From an uncultured bacterium (GTDB taxonomy: Bacteria; Patescibacteriota; Minisyncoccia; Phycocordibacterales; GCA-2401445): a stretch of 64,000 bases of DNA. Where the stretch lies: NCBI GenBank assembly GCA_937952265.1, contig CALFYW010000016.1:206661-270660 (forward strand). Reading direction: 5' to 3'. Made by a program: the position numbers and the translations under genes. Below the pieces are notes generated by a model, which saw only the letters and a list, made by a program, of their open reading frames with translations, was not told where the DNA came from and did not search any database. Positions 1-9,693 of this stretch are shown here, in pieces. Each line of letters begins with the position of its first letter. Position 1 is the stretch's first letter.

Positions 1-1
1 G

Positions 2-250
2 CGCACCATCACCGAAGCGCAGATACACGAAAAAGATACTGGTTCACCAGATGTTCAAATCGCGCTCTTAAGTAAGAGTATTGATGAACTTGCAGCACAT
101 CTTAAAAAACATCGAAAAGACGTGCATTCCCGTCGTGGACTCTTGCAGATGGTAGCCGATCGTCGAACCCATTTGGATTACCTTAAAAAGAAAGATCCAA
201 AACGTTACGACCGAATTACTAAAAAATTTGATTTAAAAAAGAAAAATTAG
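2..250 (+). CDS. rpsO: 30S ribosomal protein S15, 5'-truncated by the window edge
   Basis: Frame-2 translation ...[61 protein letters not shown] is S15-like. TAG stop at 248-250 is followed by a hairpin terminator. pnp lies downstream as in the classic rpsO-pnp arrangement. Confidence 0.85.
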   Translation, partial: RTITEAQIHEKDTGSPDVQIALLSKSIDELAAHLKKHRKDVHSRRGLLQMVADRRTHLDYLKKKDPKRYDRITKKFDLKKKN

Positions 251-275
251 CGCATCATGCGCCGATTTTTCTTTC
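250..275 (+). terminator. rho-independent terminator after rpsO
   Basis: GCGCA-TCA-TGCGC stem-loop at 250-262 followed by CGATTTTTCTTTC. Confidence 0.6.
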
Positions 276-369
276 ATACGGATCTTTTTACCATAAAAAG
301 ACTCCCGTTTATTTATTCATAAAGGCAGTTTGCTTTTTCATAAGCACTGTTCACACACATACGATCGAT

Positions 370-906
370 ATGCCGGTAATTAAACACAAAGATCAGCGAG
401 TCGGTATTTTTATTGATACACAAAACCTCTACCACAGCGCGAAGAATCTCTACGGATCAAAAGTAAATTTTGGAGCCATTGTTAAAGATGCGCTTGCGGG
501 ACGTTTAGAAATCCGCACCATCGCCTATGTCATTACCACCGAGAGCGGGGAAGAGCGTAATTTTTTTGATGCGCTTGAGAAAATAGGGATTGAAACAAAA
601 ACAAAAAATCTCCAGGTTTTTGCTGGTGGCGCAAAAAAAGCAGATTGGGACGTTGGTCTCGCAATTGACGCGATCGCGCTCGCACCAAAACTCGATGCGG
701 TTATTATTGTCTCTGGGGATGGAGATTTTGTACCCCTCATTGAATATTTACAAATGCACGAAGGTTGCCAGGTAGAAGTAGCGGGATTTGGCCGATCAAC
801 CTCTCAGAGGCTCAAAGAACATACGGATGAATTCATGGACCTAGACGAAAATCCGAGAAAATATCTCATCGGTTATCGAACCGGTGGACACCGAAAGAAA
901 AAATAG
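370..906 (+). CDS. NYN-domain (LabA/DUF88-like) putative RNase
   Basis: N-terminus VGIFIDTQNLYHS and motif VIIVSGDGDF are typical of NYN/LabA-like PIN-related nuclease domains. It sits between rpsO and pnp. Confidence 0.65.
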   Translation: MPVIKHKDQRVGIFIDTQNLYHSAKNLYGSKVNFGAIVKDALAGRLEIRTIAYVITTESGEERNFFDALEKIGIETKTKNLQVFAGGAKKADWDVGLAIDAIALAPKLDAVIIVSGDGDFVPLIEYLQMHEGCQVEVAGFGRSTSQRLKEHTDEFMDLDENPRKYLIGYRTGGHRKKK

Positions 907-1058
907 TCATTCGAAACTGCCGCCTTCTGCGGCAGTTATGTTTCGGGTGCATCATAACCTTTAATCTGCTAAAGTGTACCCATATTACTCGCAATAACAT
1001 GGTCTTCAGATATGTAGATTTGCTTACGAGCATGTCTAACATCTGAAGATCAAAAAAC

Positions 1059-3197
1059 ATGGAAAAAAAAGAATATAGACTCACGTTAGGAAATGATGAG
1101 TTAGTGTGTGAATTTAGCGATTTAGCAGAACAAGCAAATGGTTCGGTTATGGTCAAATATGGCAATACCGTAATACTTGCTACCGCGGTCATGTCTCAGG
1201 AACCAAGGGACAACCATTTTTTTCCGCTTACCGTGGATTACGAAGAAAGATTCTATGCCGCAGGACAAATCCTCGGAAGCCGGTTTATGCGCCGAGAGGG
1301 AAGACCTTCGGACGAAGCAATTCTTACCGGACGAATCGTGGATCGAACGATACGGCCACTTTTTGATCAACACATTCGAAATGATATTCAAGTTGTTATT
1401 ACCGTACTTTCTCTTGGAACCTATGATCCTGATACACTCTCGGTGATTGGAGCCTCCCTTGCTCTCTCTACGTCAGATATTCCTTGGAATGGCCCCGTGA
1501 GCGCGGTTCGTGTTATTAAAAAAGACGAAAAAAGTGATTTCAGTATTAACCCGTCGCTTACCGAACGTTCAGAACAAGAAGAAGTAAAACCGCTGGTTGA
1601 TCTTATTGCGTGCGGAAAAGGCGGAACTATCAATATGATTGAGTGTGGCGGATATGAGGCGGATGAATCCCTTGTCGGAGACAGCCTTGATCGAGCACAT
1701 GAAGAACTGGAAAAAATAGGAGTGTTTCAGCAGAAAATTATTGCCGAGAGAGGAAAAAAGAAACGAGAACTCGTCTATGAAGAGGCGCCAAAAGAAGCAC
1801 TTGCATCTCTTTTTGAAGAGCATATCGGAGAAACACGTCTTCATGAGGCTTTATTTAGTGGACCTGGAAAAAAATATATTTCAGCACTCGAAAATGAGTG
1901 GATTTCCCTATTAAGCGAGACTCATCCTGAGATAAAAAAGTCGCACGCTTTGGAATATATCGAAGAGAAGATCAATGATCTCTTACATAAAGAGGCAATT
2001 GAAAATGGGCGCCGCCCTGACGGAAGAAGTGTAAATGAAGTGCGTCCGCTCTTTGCACAAGCAGGAAACATCTCTCCGCTACTTCATGGTTCTGGAATTT
2101 TCTATCGAGGCGGGACCCACATCCTCTCCGTTTTAACCCTTGGAGGGCCCGGGGACTCACTCATTATTGATGGTATGGAAATGCAGACCAAAAAGCGGTT
2201 CATACACCATTACAATTTCCCACCCTTCTCAACCGGGGAGACGGGGCGCATTGGGGGTACCAATCGGCGCATGGTGGGTCATGGCGCACTGGCTGAAAAA
2301 GCGCTTCTTCCCGTTATTCCTTCAAAAGAAAACTTTCCATACACCATTCGACTTGTTTCAGAAGCCTTCGCTTCTAACGGATCAACCTCGATGGGATCAG
2401 TGTGTGGAAGTAGCCTTGCGCTTATGGATGCGGGAGTGCCCATTACAAATGCGGTGGCAGGTATTGCTTCTGGATTGATGTTTGAACAAAATGACCGATA
2501 TCAACTATTAACTGACATCCAAGGTCCTGAAGATCATCACGGGGACATGGATTTTAAAGTTGCAGGAACACGAAAGGGAATTACGGCGATTCAAATGGAT
2601 GTCAAAGTAAACGGTATTCCTATTCCCATTCTTAAAGAAGCGCTCCTACGTGCAAAAGAAGCTCGGGAGACTATTCTTGAAAGAATGGATCAGGAAATAA
2701 AAACTCCACGTACTGATATTTCACCTTACGCGCCCAAAATTCTCGCTACCAAAATAAAAGTATCACAGATTGGTATGGTCATTGGACCAGGAGGAAAAAA
2801 CATCAACGAGATTAGGGAAAAAACAGAAACTGAAATTGATATTGAGGATGACGGTACCGTCTTTATCACCGGCAAAGGAGAAGGTCCGTTACGTGCAAAG
2901 CAGATTATTGAAGAAATGACCCACGAATACCGTCCGGGAGAGAAGATAGTAGGGACCATTACCCGTATTACCGATTTTGGAGCATTTGCAAAATTTGGAG
3001 CTGATACTGAAGGGTTGATTCATATTTCAGAAATTGCTCCATTTCGAATTAACGCGGTAAAAGAGGTTCTTTCTGAAGGGGAAACTGTTTCCGCGGTAAT
3101 TAAAGAAATTGATGAACGTGGCCGTATCCGGCTTTCTATTAAAGATTTAGATCCAGAATTTGCAACTAAAAAAGGAATAGCTCCTCCTAAGAAATAA
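1059..3197 (+). CDS. pnp: polynucleotide phosphorylase (PNPase)
   Basis: 712 aa, alignable along its full length to PNPase: two RNase PH domains plus KH (VIGPGGKNINEI) and S1 (GTITRITDFGAFAKFG) domains at the C-terminus. Immediately follows rpsO. Confidence 0.95.
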   Translation: MEKKEYRLTLGNDELVCEFSDLAEQANGSVMVKYGNTVILATAVMSQEPRDNHFFPLTVDYEERFYAAGQILGSRFMRREGRPSDEAILTGRIVDRTIRPLFDQHIRNDIQVVITVLSLGTYDPDTLSVIGASLALSTSDIPWNGPVSAVRVIKKDEKSDFSINPSLTERSEQEEVKPLVDLIACGKGGTINMIECGGYEADESLVGDSLDRAHEELEKIGVFQQKIIAERGKKKRELVYEEAPKEALASLFEEHIGETRLHEALFSGPGKKYISALENEWISLLSETHPEIKKSHALEYIEEKINDLLHKEAIENGRRPDGRSVNEVRPLFAQAGNISPLLHGSGIFYRGGTHILSVLTLGGPGDSLIIDGMEMQTKKRFIHHYNFPPFSTGETGRIGGTNRRMVGHGALAEKALLPVIPSKENFPYTIRLVSEAFASNGSTSMGSVCGSSLALMDAGVPITNAVAGIASGLMFEQNDRYQLLTDIQGPEDHHGDMDFKVAGTRKGITAIQMDVKVNGIPIPILKEALLRAKEARETILERMDQEIKTPRTDISPYAPKILATKIKVSQIGMVIGPGGKNINEIREKTETEIDIEDDGTVFITGKGEGPLRAKQIIEEMTHEYRPGEKIVGTITRITDFGAFAKFGADTEGLIHISEIAPFRINAVKEVLSEGETVSAVIKEIDERGRIRLSIKDLDPEFATKKGIAPPKK

Positions 3198-3198
3198 A

Positions 3199-3232
3199 TC
3201 AAAAGTCCCCGCAAAGGGACTTTTGATTTTTG
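3199..3232 (+). terminator. rho-independent terminator after pnp
   Basis: TCAAAAGTCCC-CGCAAA-GGGACTTTTGA stem-loop followed by a T-run, directly after the pnp stop (3195-3197). Confidence 0.7.
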
Positions 3233-3292
3233 AGCCGTGTCATAAATAAAACACACCACTGTAATTGATTCAAAATCAAAGAAACAGTATGC

Positions 3293-5080
3293 TTGATAAT
3301 AATGGATACTACTAACCCGCAGAGTGAGGCGAACTCTGCATCGCAACAACATTCTCCCGCATTGCGACACGGTATGCGACCGCGGGGCGGATCACGCGAA
3401 TACGCGCACACCCTTCCACGGGTACGCACCTTTGATCGAGACCTCAAAGCGCAACAGTCAACCGAACCTCGAGGCCAGTCCACCCCCAAACCAGAAATAG
3501 TGAAAGAAGCACCTAAACCTCTGCCAACGCCACCAAACCCCACGCTTAAAAGCTCCTCTGAGATAAAGCAGGCTCCGCAGAATCTACCAACTGGAGACTT
3601 CTCTCCTGATACCTTCATACGTACACACCCAATCCAAGAACCTCCGAGGCCTCAAAAACCAGAACCACCGAAAAATGCTCCTCCGAGGCCTCCTGACACT
3701 CATGAAGTGCCACAACCACCACAAAAGACAGGGAAAAGTTCTCCGCTTCCACATCTACATACCTATGAAAAAGATGTAATCAAAGCAGGGGGCACCTCTC
3801 CACACCCCCCGAAAAAACCTATTACGGTATCAAAAGAGCGTACTGCGGAGCCTGGAGCCGTGCCATTACCCCCAGTCGTAAAGAAAGACTCTCGAGAGCA
3901 AAAAACATCTTCTACTAAGGCGCCATTCCACACCTATACTCGTGATGTTGATCACGCGCAACGAAAACAAGATGTAGATGCTCAGAAACAGACAAACTCA
4001 AATATCGGAGAATCTCTAAAGAGGGAGGAGTTAAGCGCGCTCATTCAAAAAAAATATCACCAGCCAATCACTGAAAAAGCGCCTCTCGATCCCAAAAAGC
4101 GAATACTTCCTCGGCGACCGATTCCACAAACACCCCCTCCACAACCAGAAGTCCCTAAAAAACCTCCTTCCGCAAAAGGATCCTCAAAATTCTTTTCCCG
4201 TATTATGCACCCGCTTCGCACCTATGACGCTGATCTCGCGACACATGTTAAAAATGAAAAGGCGAGCCGAATTAAAATCGCGCTCACGGAACAAAGTATT
4301 CAGGCACGACGTGAAGCATACGCACAAAACAAAATCCCAATCCCACCACAAAAAAAGAAGAAAATTTCAGCTGATACCTACCCATTTGAGGTTATTGGAA
4401 ACCGAGAACAAAGAAAACGACACGCGATCTTACCAACACTTATCATAAGCATCGCGCTTATGGTCGTGGGAGGAGGTATTGCGTACGGGGGTTATCGTAT
4501 TGCGAACCGAATGCCACAAACCGTAACATTTGATACGGGGAACATCCTCATCACCGAAACAAGCAGGAAAATTCAAAACGAAAACCTCAAACCATCTTCC
4601 GTACAGGAAATTATTGAGAACCTCTCTATTGGAAATGACGCGATTGTTCACCTCTATAGCACACGTACCACCCCTGAAGGAGTTGAATTTTTCATGCCAA
4701 GTAGCACTTTTATCAGCACCCTCGCGCCAGAAATACCAGGTATCCTTGCTCGCTCCTTGAAACCAGAATTCACTTTTGGGGTCTACGGGCACGAGGGAGA
4801 TAAGGAAGCATTCCTGGTACTCAAGACCAACTCGTATCCCCATGCATTGGGTGGCATGCTCCAGTGGGAAGCATCTCTACCAAAAAGCATTTCGGGTTTG
4901 TTTGGAAACCTAACTACCACCCAAAATTCATTTACTGATATGTTCATCAAAAATCGTGATGTTCGCGTTCTTTATGGGGATAACGAGGAAATGATACTGC
5001 TTTATTCTTTTATCGATAAACAAACTCTGATTATTGCCCAAAGTGAATTGGTATTTCTTGAAATCTTAACCAGACAATAA
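3293..5080 (+). CDS. hypothetical membrane-anchored protein with a proline-rich disordered N-terminal region
   Basis: 595 aa. Residues ~60-300 are Pro/Lys/Gln-rich low complexity (PPRPQKPEPPKNAPPRPP). A single TM segment (ILPTLIISIALMVVGGGIAYGGY) precedes a ~200-aa C-terminal domain of unknown type. Confidence 0.45.
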   Translation: MIIMDTTNPQSEANSASQQHSPALRHGMRPRGGSREYAHTLPRVRTFDRDLKAQQSTEPRGQSTPKPEIVKEAPKPLPTPPNPTLKSSSEIKQAPQNLPTGDFSPDTFIRTHPIQEPPRPQKPEPPKNAPPRPPDTHEVPQPPQKTGKSSPLPHLHTYEKDVIKAGGTSPHPPKKPITVSKERTAEPGAVPLPPVVKKDSREQKTSSTKAPFHTYTRDVDHAQRKQDVDAQKQTNSNIGESLKREELSALIQKKYHQPITEKAPLDPKKRILPRRPIPQTPPPQPEVPKKPPSAKGSSKFFSRIMHPLRTYDADLATHVKNEKASRIKIALTEQSIQARREAYAQNKIPIPPQKKKKISADTYPFEVIGNREQRKRHAILPTLIISIALMVVGGGIAYGGYRIANRMPQTVTFDTGNILITETSRKIQNENLKPSSVQEIIENLSIGNDAIVHLYSTRTTPEGVEFFMPSSTFISTLAPEIPGILARSLKPEFTFGVYGHEGDKEAFLVLKTNSYPHALGGMLQWEASLPKSISGLFGNLTTTQNSFTDMFIKNRDVRVLYGDNEEMILLYSFIDKQTLIIAQSELVFLEILTRQ

Positions 5081-5106
5081 CCCCTACTTTCCCTTATTCC
5101 TACTCT

Positions 5107-5496
5107 TTGTTATCATTATCTATGATGGCACTTGATATTGAGAAATATAAAAAAATCCTTGAGGGAGAACAAGAAAAGCTGATTCAGGAACTTAAAACCG
5201 TTGGCCGTATTAACCCGACCAATCCAGAAGACTGGGAGGCTACTCCGGGGGAGAGCAATATTGATACTGCGGATAAAAACGATCGCGGAGATGTTATTGA
5301 GGCATTTGAGGAAAACTCCGCAATCTTAAAAGAGCTCGAAACTCGTTTACATAATGTGAAGCGGGCACTCTCAAAAATTGAGAAAGGAACCTATGGTATC
5401 TGCGAGGTATCAGGAGAGCCGATAGAAGAAAAACGGCTCGATGCCAACCCCTCCGCACGGACAAACATTGCTAACCGAGATGCGACACTCAATTAA
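5107..5496 (+). CDS. DksA/TraR-family (YteA/YocK-like) protein with a degenerate zinc finger
   Basis: N-terminal coiled-coil (KILEGEQEKLIQELK) and C-terminal GTYGICEVSGEPIEEKRLDANPSARTNI resemble Gram-positive DksA/TraR-like proteins. Only one Cys is retained. The start may be the internal Met at 5125. Confidence 0.45.
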   Translation: MLSLSMMALDIEKYKKILEGEQEKLIQELKTVGRINPTNPEDWEATPGESNIDTADKNDRGDVIEAFEENSAILKELETRLHNVKRALSKIEKGTYGICEVSGEPIEEKRLDANPSARTNIANRDATLN

Positions 5497-5507
5497 GATG
5501 GTAGCCC

Positions 5508-7049
5508 ATGAGCTTCGCGAAGGTTTATAGCGGACAAACACATCTCCTTTCAGCACATATCGTAACCATAGAGGTAGATATCTCTCGTGGACTCCACTCT
5601 TTCTCTGTTGTGGGTCTCCCTGACAAAGCAGTAGAGGAATCACGGGATAGGATTTCTGCTGCAATAAAGAATTCCGGCTTTACTTCACCAAAACATAAAA
5701 ATCAAAAGGTCGTTATCTCACTTGCCCCCGCGGAATTGAAAAAAGAGGGGGCTATTTTTGATCTCGGTATGGCACTCGTATACCTTCACGCATCCGGGGA
5801 TATCGTATTTGAACCATCAAAAAAATTATTTTTGGGAGAACTTGCGCTTGATGGAACCTTGCGCCCTACGCATGGCATACTTCCCATCGTACACGAAGCT
5901 AAAAAGCAGGGTTTCACTGAAGTCTTCGTTCCAGCGAACAACACTGCCGAGGCATCTCTCATTCATGGTATGCATATATATGGAGCCAACACCTTAAAAG
6001 AAGTCATTCGCCATATCGATACAAAAGAAAATTTCTCTCTTACGCGAGCTCCGCACCACAAGCACGAATGCTCGCACTACGCCCCGCTTATTGATTTTAG
6101 TGACATTCGAGGCCAACAATCGGCAAAACGAGGACTTGAAATCGCCGCTGCCGGCGGACACAATATTGCGCTTTTTGGGCCACCAGGAACTGGAAAAACA
6201 ATGCTCGCACGAGCATTTCCAGGCATTCTGCCACCGTTTTTATACGAAGACATTATTGAGGTAACGAGCATCCACTCAATCGCAGGGCTTCTTTCAGAGA
6301 AATCACTTATCACCACACCACCATTTAGAACCCCGCACCATACGGCATCTTATGTTTCTATCGTTGGAGGGGGAAATGCGCTTCGTCCAGGAGAAGTAAC
6401 ACTAGCGCATCGTGGGGTTCTTTTTCTTGATGAATTTCCTGAGTTTGACCGCCGTGTGATCGAAGCGCTTCGGCAACCGCTTGAAGATCGAACCGTCTCT
6501 ATTTCTCGCGCGCGAGGTTCAGCTACATTTCCAGCGCAATTTATGCTTATTGCATCAATGAATCCTTGCCCTTGCGGCTACCACGGCTCTTCAAACCGAG
6601 AATGTACTTGCGCACCCCACATGCTCCTCCGTTACCAAAAGAAAATATCTGGTCCTATTATCGATCGTATTGATCTGTGGATTGAAGTTCCTGAAGTCCC
6701 TCACCATCTCTTAAAAGAAACCGGTCGCTTGTCAGAGGGGAGTCTATGCATTAAAGAAAGAGTTGGGAGCGCACGCAAAATACAGTATGAGCGCTTTAAG
6801 GAGCACCCTCAGAATATTCGGCTTAACAGTGAGATGAATACGCGTGATCTCGAGCATCATGCGCATCTGGGGAATGACGCGAAACATACACTCACACAAT
6901 CTGCCCAAACATTAGGGCTTTCAGCACGGTCATATCATCGAGTCATTAAACTTGCCCGAACCATCGCTGATCTCTCCCAAAGCTCTACAATTACCGAAAA
7001 CCACATTCTCGAAGCCCTCCAATATCGCCCAAAATCTATTTCCCGATAA
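5508..7049 (+). CDS. comM: YifB/ComM-family Mg-chelatase-like AAA+ ATPase
   Basis: 513 aa. N-terminal Lon-protease-like domain, Walker A GPPGTGKTM, Walker B/arginine-finger region VLFLDEFPEF, C-terminal ComM helical domain. Confidence 0.9.
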   Translation: MSFAKVYSGQTHLLSAHIVTIEVDISRGLHSFSVVGLPDKAVEESRDRISAAIKNSGFTSPKHKNQKVVISLAPAELKKEGAIFDLGMALVYLHASGDIVFEPSKKLFLGELALDGTLRPTHGILPIVHEAKKQGFTEVFVPANNTAEASLIHGMHIYGANTLKEVIRHIDTKENFSLTRAPHHKHECSHYAPLIDFSDIRGQQSAKRGLEIAAAGGHNIALFGPPGTGKTMLARAFPGILPPFLYEDIIEVTSIHSIAGLLSEKSLITTPPFRTPHHTASYVSIVGGGNALRPGEVTLAHRGVLFLDEFPEFDRRVIEALRQPLEDRTVSISRARGSATFPAQFMLIASMNPCPCGYHGSSNRECTCAPHMLLRYQKKISGPIIDRIDLWIEVPEVPHHLLKETGRLSEGSLCIKERVGSARKIQYERFKEHPQNIRLNSEMNTRDLEHHAHLGNDAKHTLTQSAQTLGLSARSYHRVIKLARTIADLSQSSTITENHILEALQYRPKSISR

Positions 7050-7096
7050 GCTAGTATCAGTAAAGAGACGAGAAAAAATGATGATTCTATAAGTAA

Positions 7097-7125
7097 GCAA
7101 AACCCCTCAAAAGAGGGGTTTTGGG
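7097..7125. terminator. bidirectional rho-independent terminator between convergent comM and the M23 peptidase gene
   Basis: AACCCCTC-AAAA-GAGGGGTT stem-loop flanked by an A-run upstream and T/G residues downstream. Confidence 0.6.
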
Positions 7126-7208
7126 GTATTATCTAGCCCAGCGCGGTTCGTGCCAGGCGTATTAATTATATGTTTGATATAGAACCAATACGCCTGAAAC
7201 AAACGTTT

Positions 7209-8186
7209 TTAAAAAGGATTTTTTGCACCTCGAACTTCAAAGTGAAGGTGGGGGCCGGTTGATTTACCGGTTGAACCAACGTATCCAATAACTTGCCCTT
7301 GGACCACATATTGTCCTGAAACTACAATGTTGTTTGAATTATGGGCATACAAAGTCTGGGTGCCATTTTCATGTCTAATTACTACATAATTTCCATATCC
7401 GCCATTCCATCCATAATCTTTACTAATCAAAACTGTACCCGCCGCCGCGGCATATACTGGCGCACCAGTATAGGTTGCAAGATCAACTCCGTTGTACCCG
7501 TGCAATCCTTGTGTTCTCACACCTCCGCTAATAGGGCGTAAATAGTAGCCTTGATACTCTGGCCCGCTCGCGATGTTGCGCGGAGCAGTATTCTTTTGAG
7601 AAGCGGGGGTAGCTATCTTAGGCGCGGGTATTTCACCATCAGGAACTACTACAATCTCGCCAACTTTTAAAGAGACGCCGTGTAAACTGTTATATCGGAT
7701 AATTTCACTCAGATCTGCTTCATATTTCTTAGCAATACGCTCTAACGTATCTCCCTCTACGACAGTGTGTTGAACTCCTGAAATAGGAAGAATAACGAGT
7801 GTTTGACCAGGATTAATAACTCTGTTTTTAATATCATTAGCCCAGATAATGGTGTTTACATTTACATTAAACATTCGGGCAATTTGAGAAAGAGAGTCCC
7901 CCTCGCGTACCACATAAATACTAATCTGATCAGAAGCTTTCTTCTCTTCTACATCCACGATGGTCCCCACCGGCCCATTCTCTGAAAGCAGCGCAGCGCC
8001 CCCAACTACCGTAATATCTCCACCTCCAAGCGAAGGGTTAGGTGTAATTGCGGCGTGTAAGAGCGCCATGTTTTGCGAATTAAGCCCTCGTTGACGTTCG
8101 GTATCTTGGGATACCACCTCACTTTTGCCCGCAACTAAAGAAGAGAAGATGGAAAAAATCCCTGCATGTGCCGCATAAGGAAGCAA
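7209..8186 (-). CDS. LysM-domain M23-family peptidoglycan endopeptidase
   Basis: Two LysM-like repeats (GDSLSQIARMFNVNVNTIIWAN and GDTLERIAKKYEADLSEIIRYN). C-terminal M23 motifs HGYNGVDLA and GSTGKSTGPHLHFEV. The tracked start is a TTG; the hydrophobic signal region continues upstream, so the true start is uncertain. Confidence 0.85.
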   Translation of the reverse strand: MLPYAAHAGIFSIFSSLVAGKSEVVSQDTERQRGLNSQNMALLHAAITPNPSLGGGDITVVGGAALLSENGPVGTIVDVEEKKASDQISIYVVREGDSLSQIARMFNVNVNTIIWANDIKNRVINPGQTLVILPISGVQHTVVEGDTLERIAKKYEADLSEIIRYNSLHGVSLKVGEIVVVPDGEIPAPKIATPASQKNTAPRNIASGPEYQGYYLRPISGGVRTQGLHGYNGVDLATYTGAPVYAAAAGTVLISKDYGWNGGYGNYVVIRHENGTQTLYAHNSNNIVVSGQYVVQGQVIGYVGSTGKSTGPHLHFEVRGAKNPF

Positions 8187-8606
8187 AAATAAGCCTAAAA
8201 ATAGAGGTATGAGTACACCTGCACGAATATCTGATAGATAGTTTCGACGGGATCTTTTATGTCGTTTACCGTCAAATGTGTGACGAAGGGGTAAAATAAG
8301 CCAAAAAGTTAGGTGACGTACCGAAATACTAGATTAAAAGCTCAATAGAGCCGCGAAAACAGCCGTTACAGTAGTATCTTCCACTATACTAAACCCTCTA
8401 TTAAAGTCAACCGAGTTATAAACATCACCACACAAAAAATCCCTGGCAAGTATCATGAGATAATGGACCTGGTCCGATCACCTCCGATTACTTCGAGGCT
8501 CCGCGACATACACACCACGTGCGAATCAAAAATGTGTGGATTGGTGATGAGCCTACCTTAACGTTATAATAGAATAAATTTCTTCAGAGAAATATATTTC
8601 TTTTAG

Positions 8607-9053
8607 TTGGTGGTGGTGCCTTTCGGAAAAATCTTTTTTATTCTTATATTTATGAAATTTCAAGTTCCTCAATTCATCGAAGTAGAAGATCGAATCTTCG
8701 GACCATTAACGCTCTGGCAATTTCTCTACCTCATTGGAGGAGCGGGACTTTCAGTGGTCATTTTTCGATTTGTTCCCTCAACGGGGATCGCTTTCGTACT
8801 AATTGCGCCCGTAATCATATTCTCTTTAGCGCTTGCATTCTACAAAATTAATAACCGTCCTTTTATCAATGCGGTTGAATCCGCATTTAGATTTTTCACC
8901 AGAAATAAGCTCTATATTTGGAAACGAGAAAACAAGTCTCCTCAAACAACAACAGGGGAAGCGGGTGCGCGCGCATCAGACGCGCTTATTCCGCGACTTT
9001 CAAACAGTAAACTAAAAGATTTATCCTGGACCCTTGATATACACAAAAAATAA
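8607..9053 (+). CDS. PrgI-family (VirB3-like) conjugation/T4SS membrane protein
   Basis: QFIEVEDRIFGPLTLWQFLYLIGGAGL followed by hydrophobic segments and ...NRPFINAVESAFRFF match the PrgI family pattern. It immediately precedes a VirB4-like ATPase. Confidence 0.55.
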   Translation: MVVVPFGKIFFILIFMKFQVPQFIEVEDRIFGPLTLWQFLYLIGGAGLSVVIFRFVPSTGIAFVLIAPVIIFSLALAFYKINNRPFINAVESAFRFFTRNKLYIWKRENKSPQTTTGEAGARASDALIPRLSNSKLKDLSWTLDIHKK

Positions 9054-9058
9054 CAAGC

Positions 9059-9691
9059 ATGGCAAAAGCAACACAAGAATTTATTCCCATAAAAGAAATA
9101 CGCAACGGTATTGCGGTGATGAGAGACGGGTCTCTCAGAGGAATTGTTATGGCATCCTCACTTAACTTCGCGTTAAAATCAAACGATGAACAGATTGCGA
9201 TTCTTTCGCAGTTTCAAAATTTTTTAAATTCCCTTGATTTTCCAGTTCAAATCTTTATTGAATCAAGAGAGCTTGATATCCGCCCCTATCTTGCACTCCT
9301 TGAAACACGGTTTACCCAAGAAATGGAAGAGTTAATCAAAACACAAACACGAGAATACATTGAATTCATCAAAGCGTTTACCCGGGACACCAACATTATG
9401 ACCAAAAGTTTTTTTATCATTATTCCGTATTCGCCAGAAATTATCTCTTCTTCATCTCAAAACATTAAAGGGATCTTTAAAAAGAAAACGGCAGAGGAGG
9501 TTCAGTCCGCGCGTATTGAAGCATTTGAGGAAAATCGCTCGCAACTCGAGCAACGTATCGCGGTGGTAGAGCAGGGTCTTTCTCGAACCGGTATTCGTAT
9601 TGCGCGACTCGGGACCGAAGAAATTGTTGAGCTATTTTATCGACTATTTAACCCCGGGGACGCGGAAAAACCAATGTCAGTACATACATAA
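9059..9691 (+). CDS. VirB4/PrgJ-like ATPase, N-terminal segment (separate ORF)
   Basis: Sequence FIPIKEIRNGIAVMRDGSLRGIVMASSLNFALKSNDEQIAILSQFQNFLNSLDFPVQIF resembles the N-terminal domain of Gram-positive VirB4 homologues. The ORF stops 2 nt before the ATPase ORF, which is in a different frame. Confidence 0.5.
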   Translation: MAKATQEFIPIKEIRNGIAVMRDGSLRGIVMASSLNFALKSNDEQIAILSQFQNFLNSLDFPVQIFIESRELDIRPYLALLETRFTQEMEELIKTQTREYIEFIKAFTRDTNIMTKSFFIIIPYSPEIISSSSQNIKGIFKKKTAEEVQSARIEAFEENRSQLEQRIAVVEQGLSRTGIRIARLGTEEIVELFYRLFNPGDAEKPMSVHT

Positions 9692-9693
9692 TT

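Noticed and set aside
4224-4843. Alternate-frame and antisense ORFs inside the 595-aa Pro-rich gene (74, 137 and 76 aa)
   Set aside because: Lys/Arg-rich or random-looking translations fully nested in a longer, better-supported ORF.
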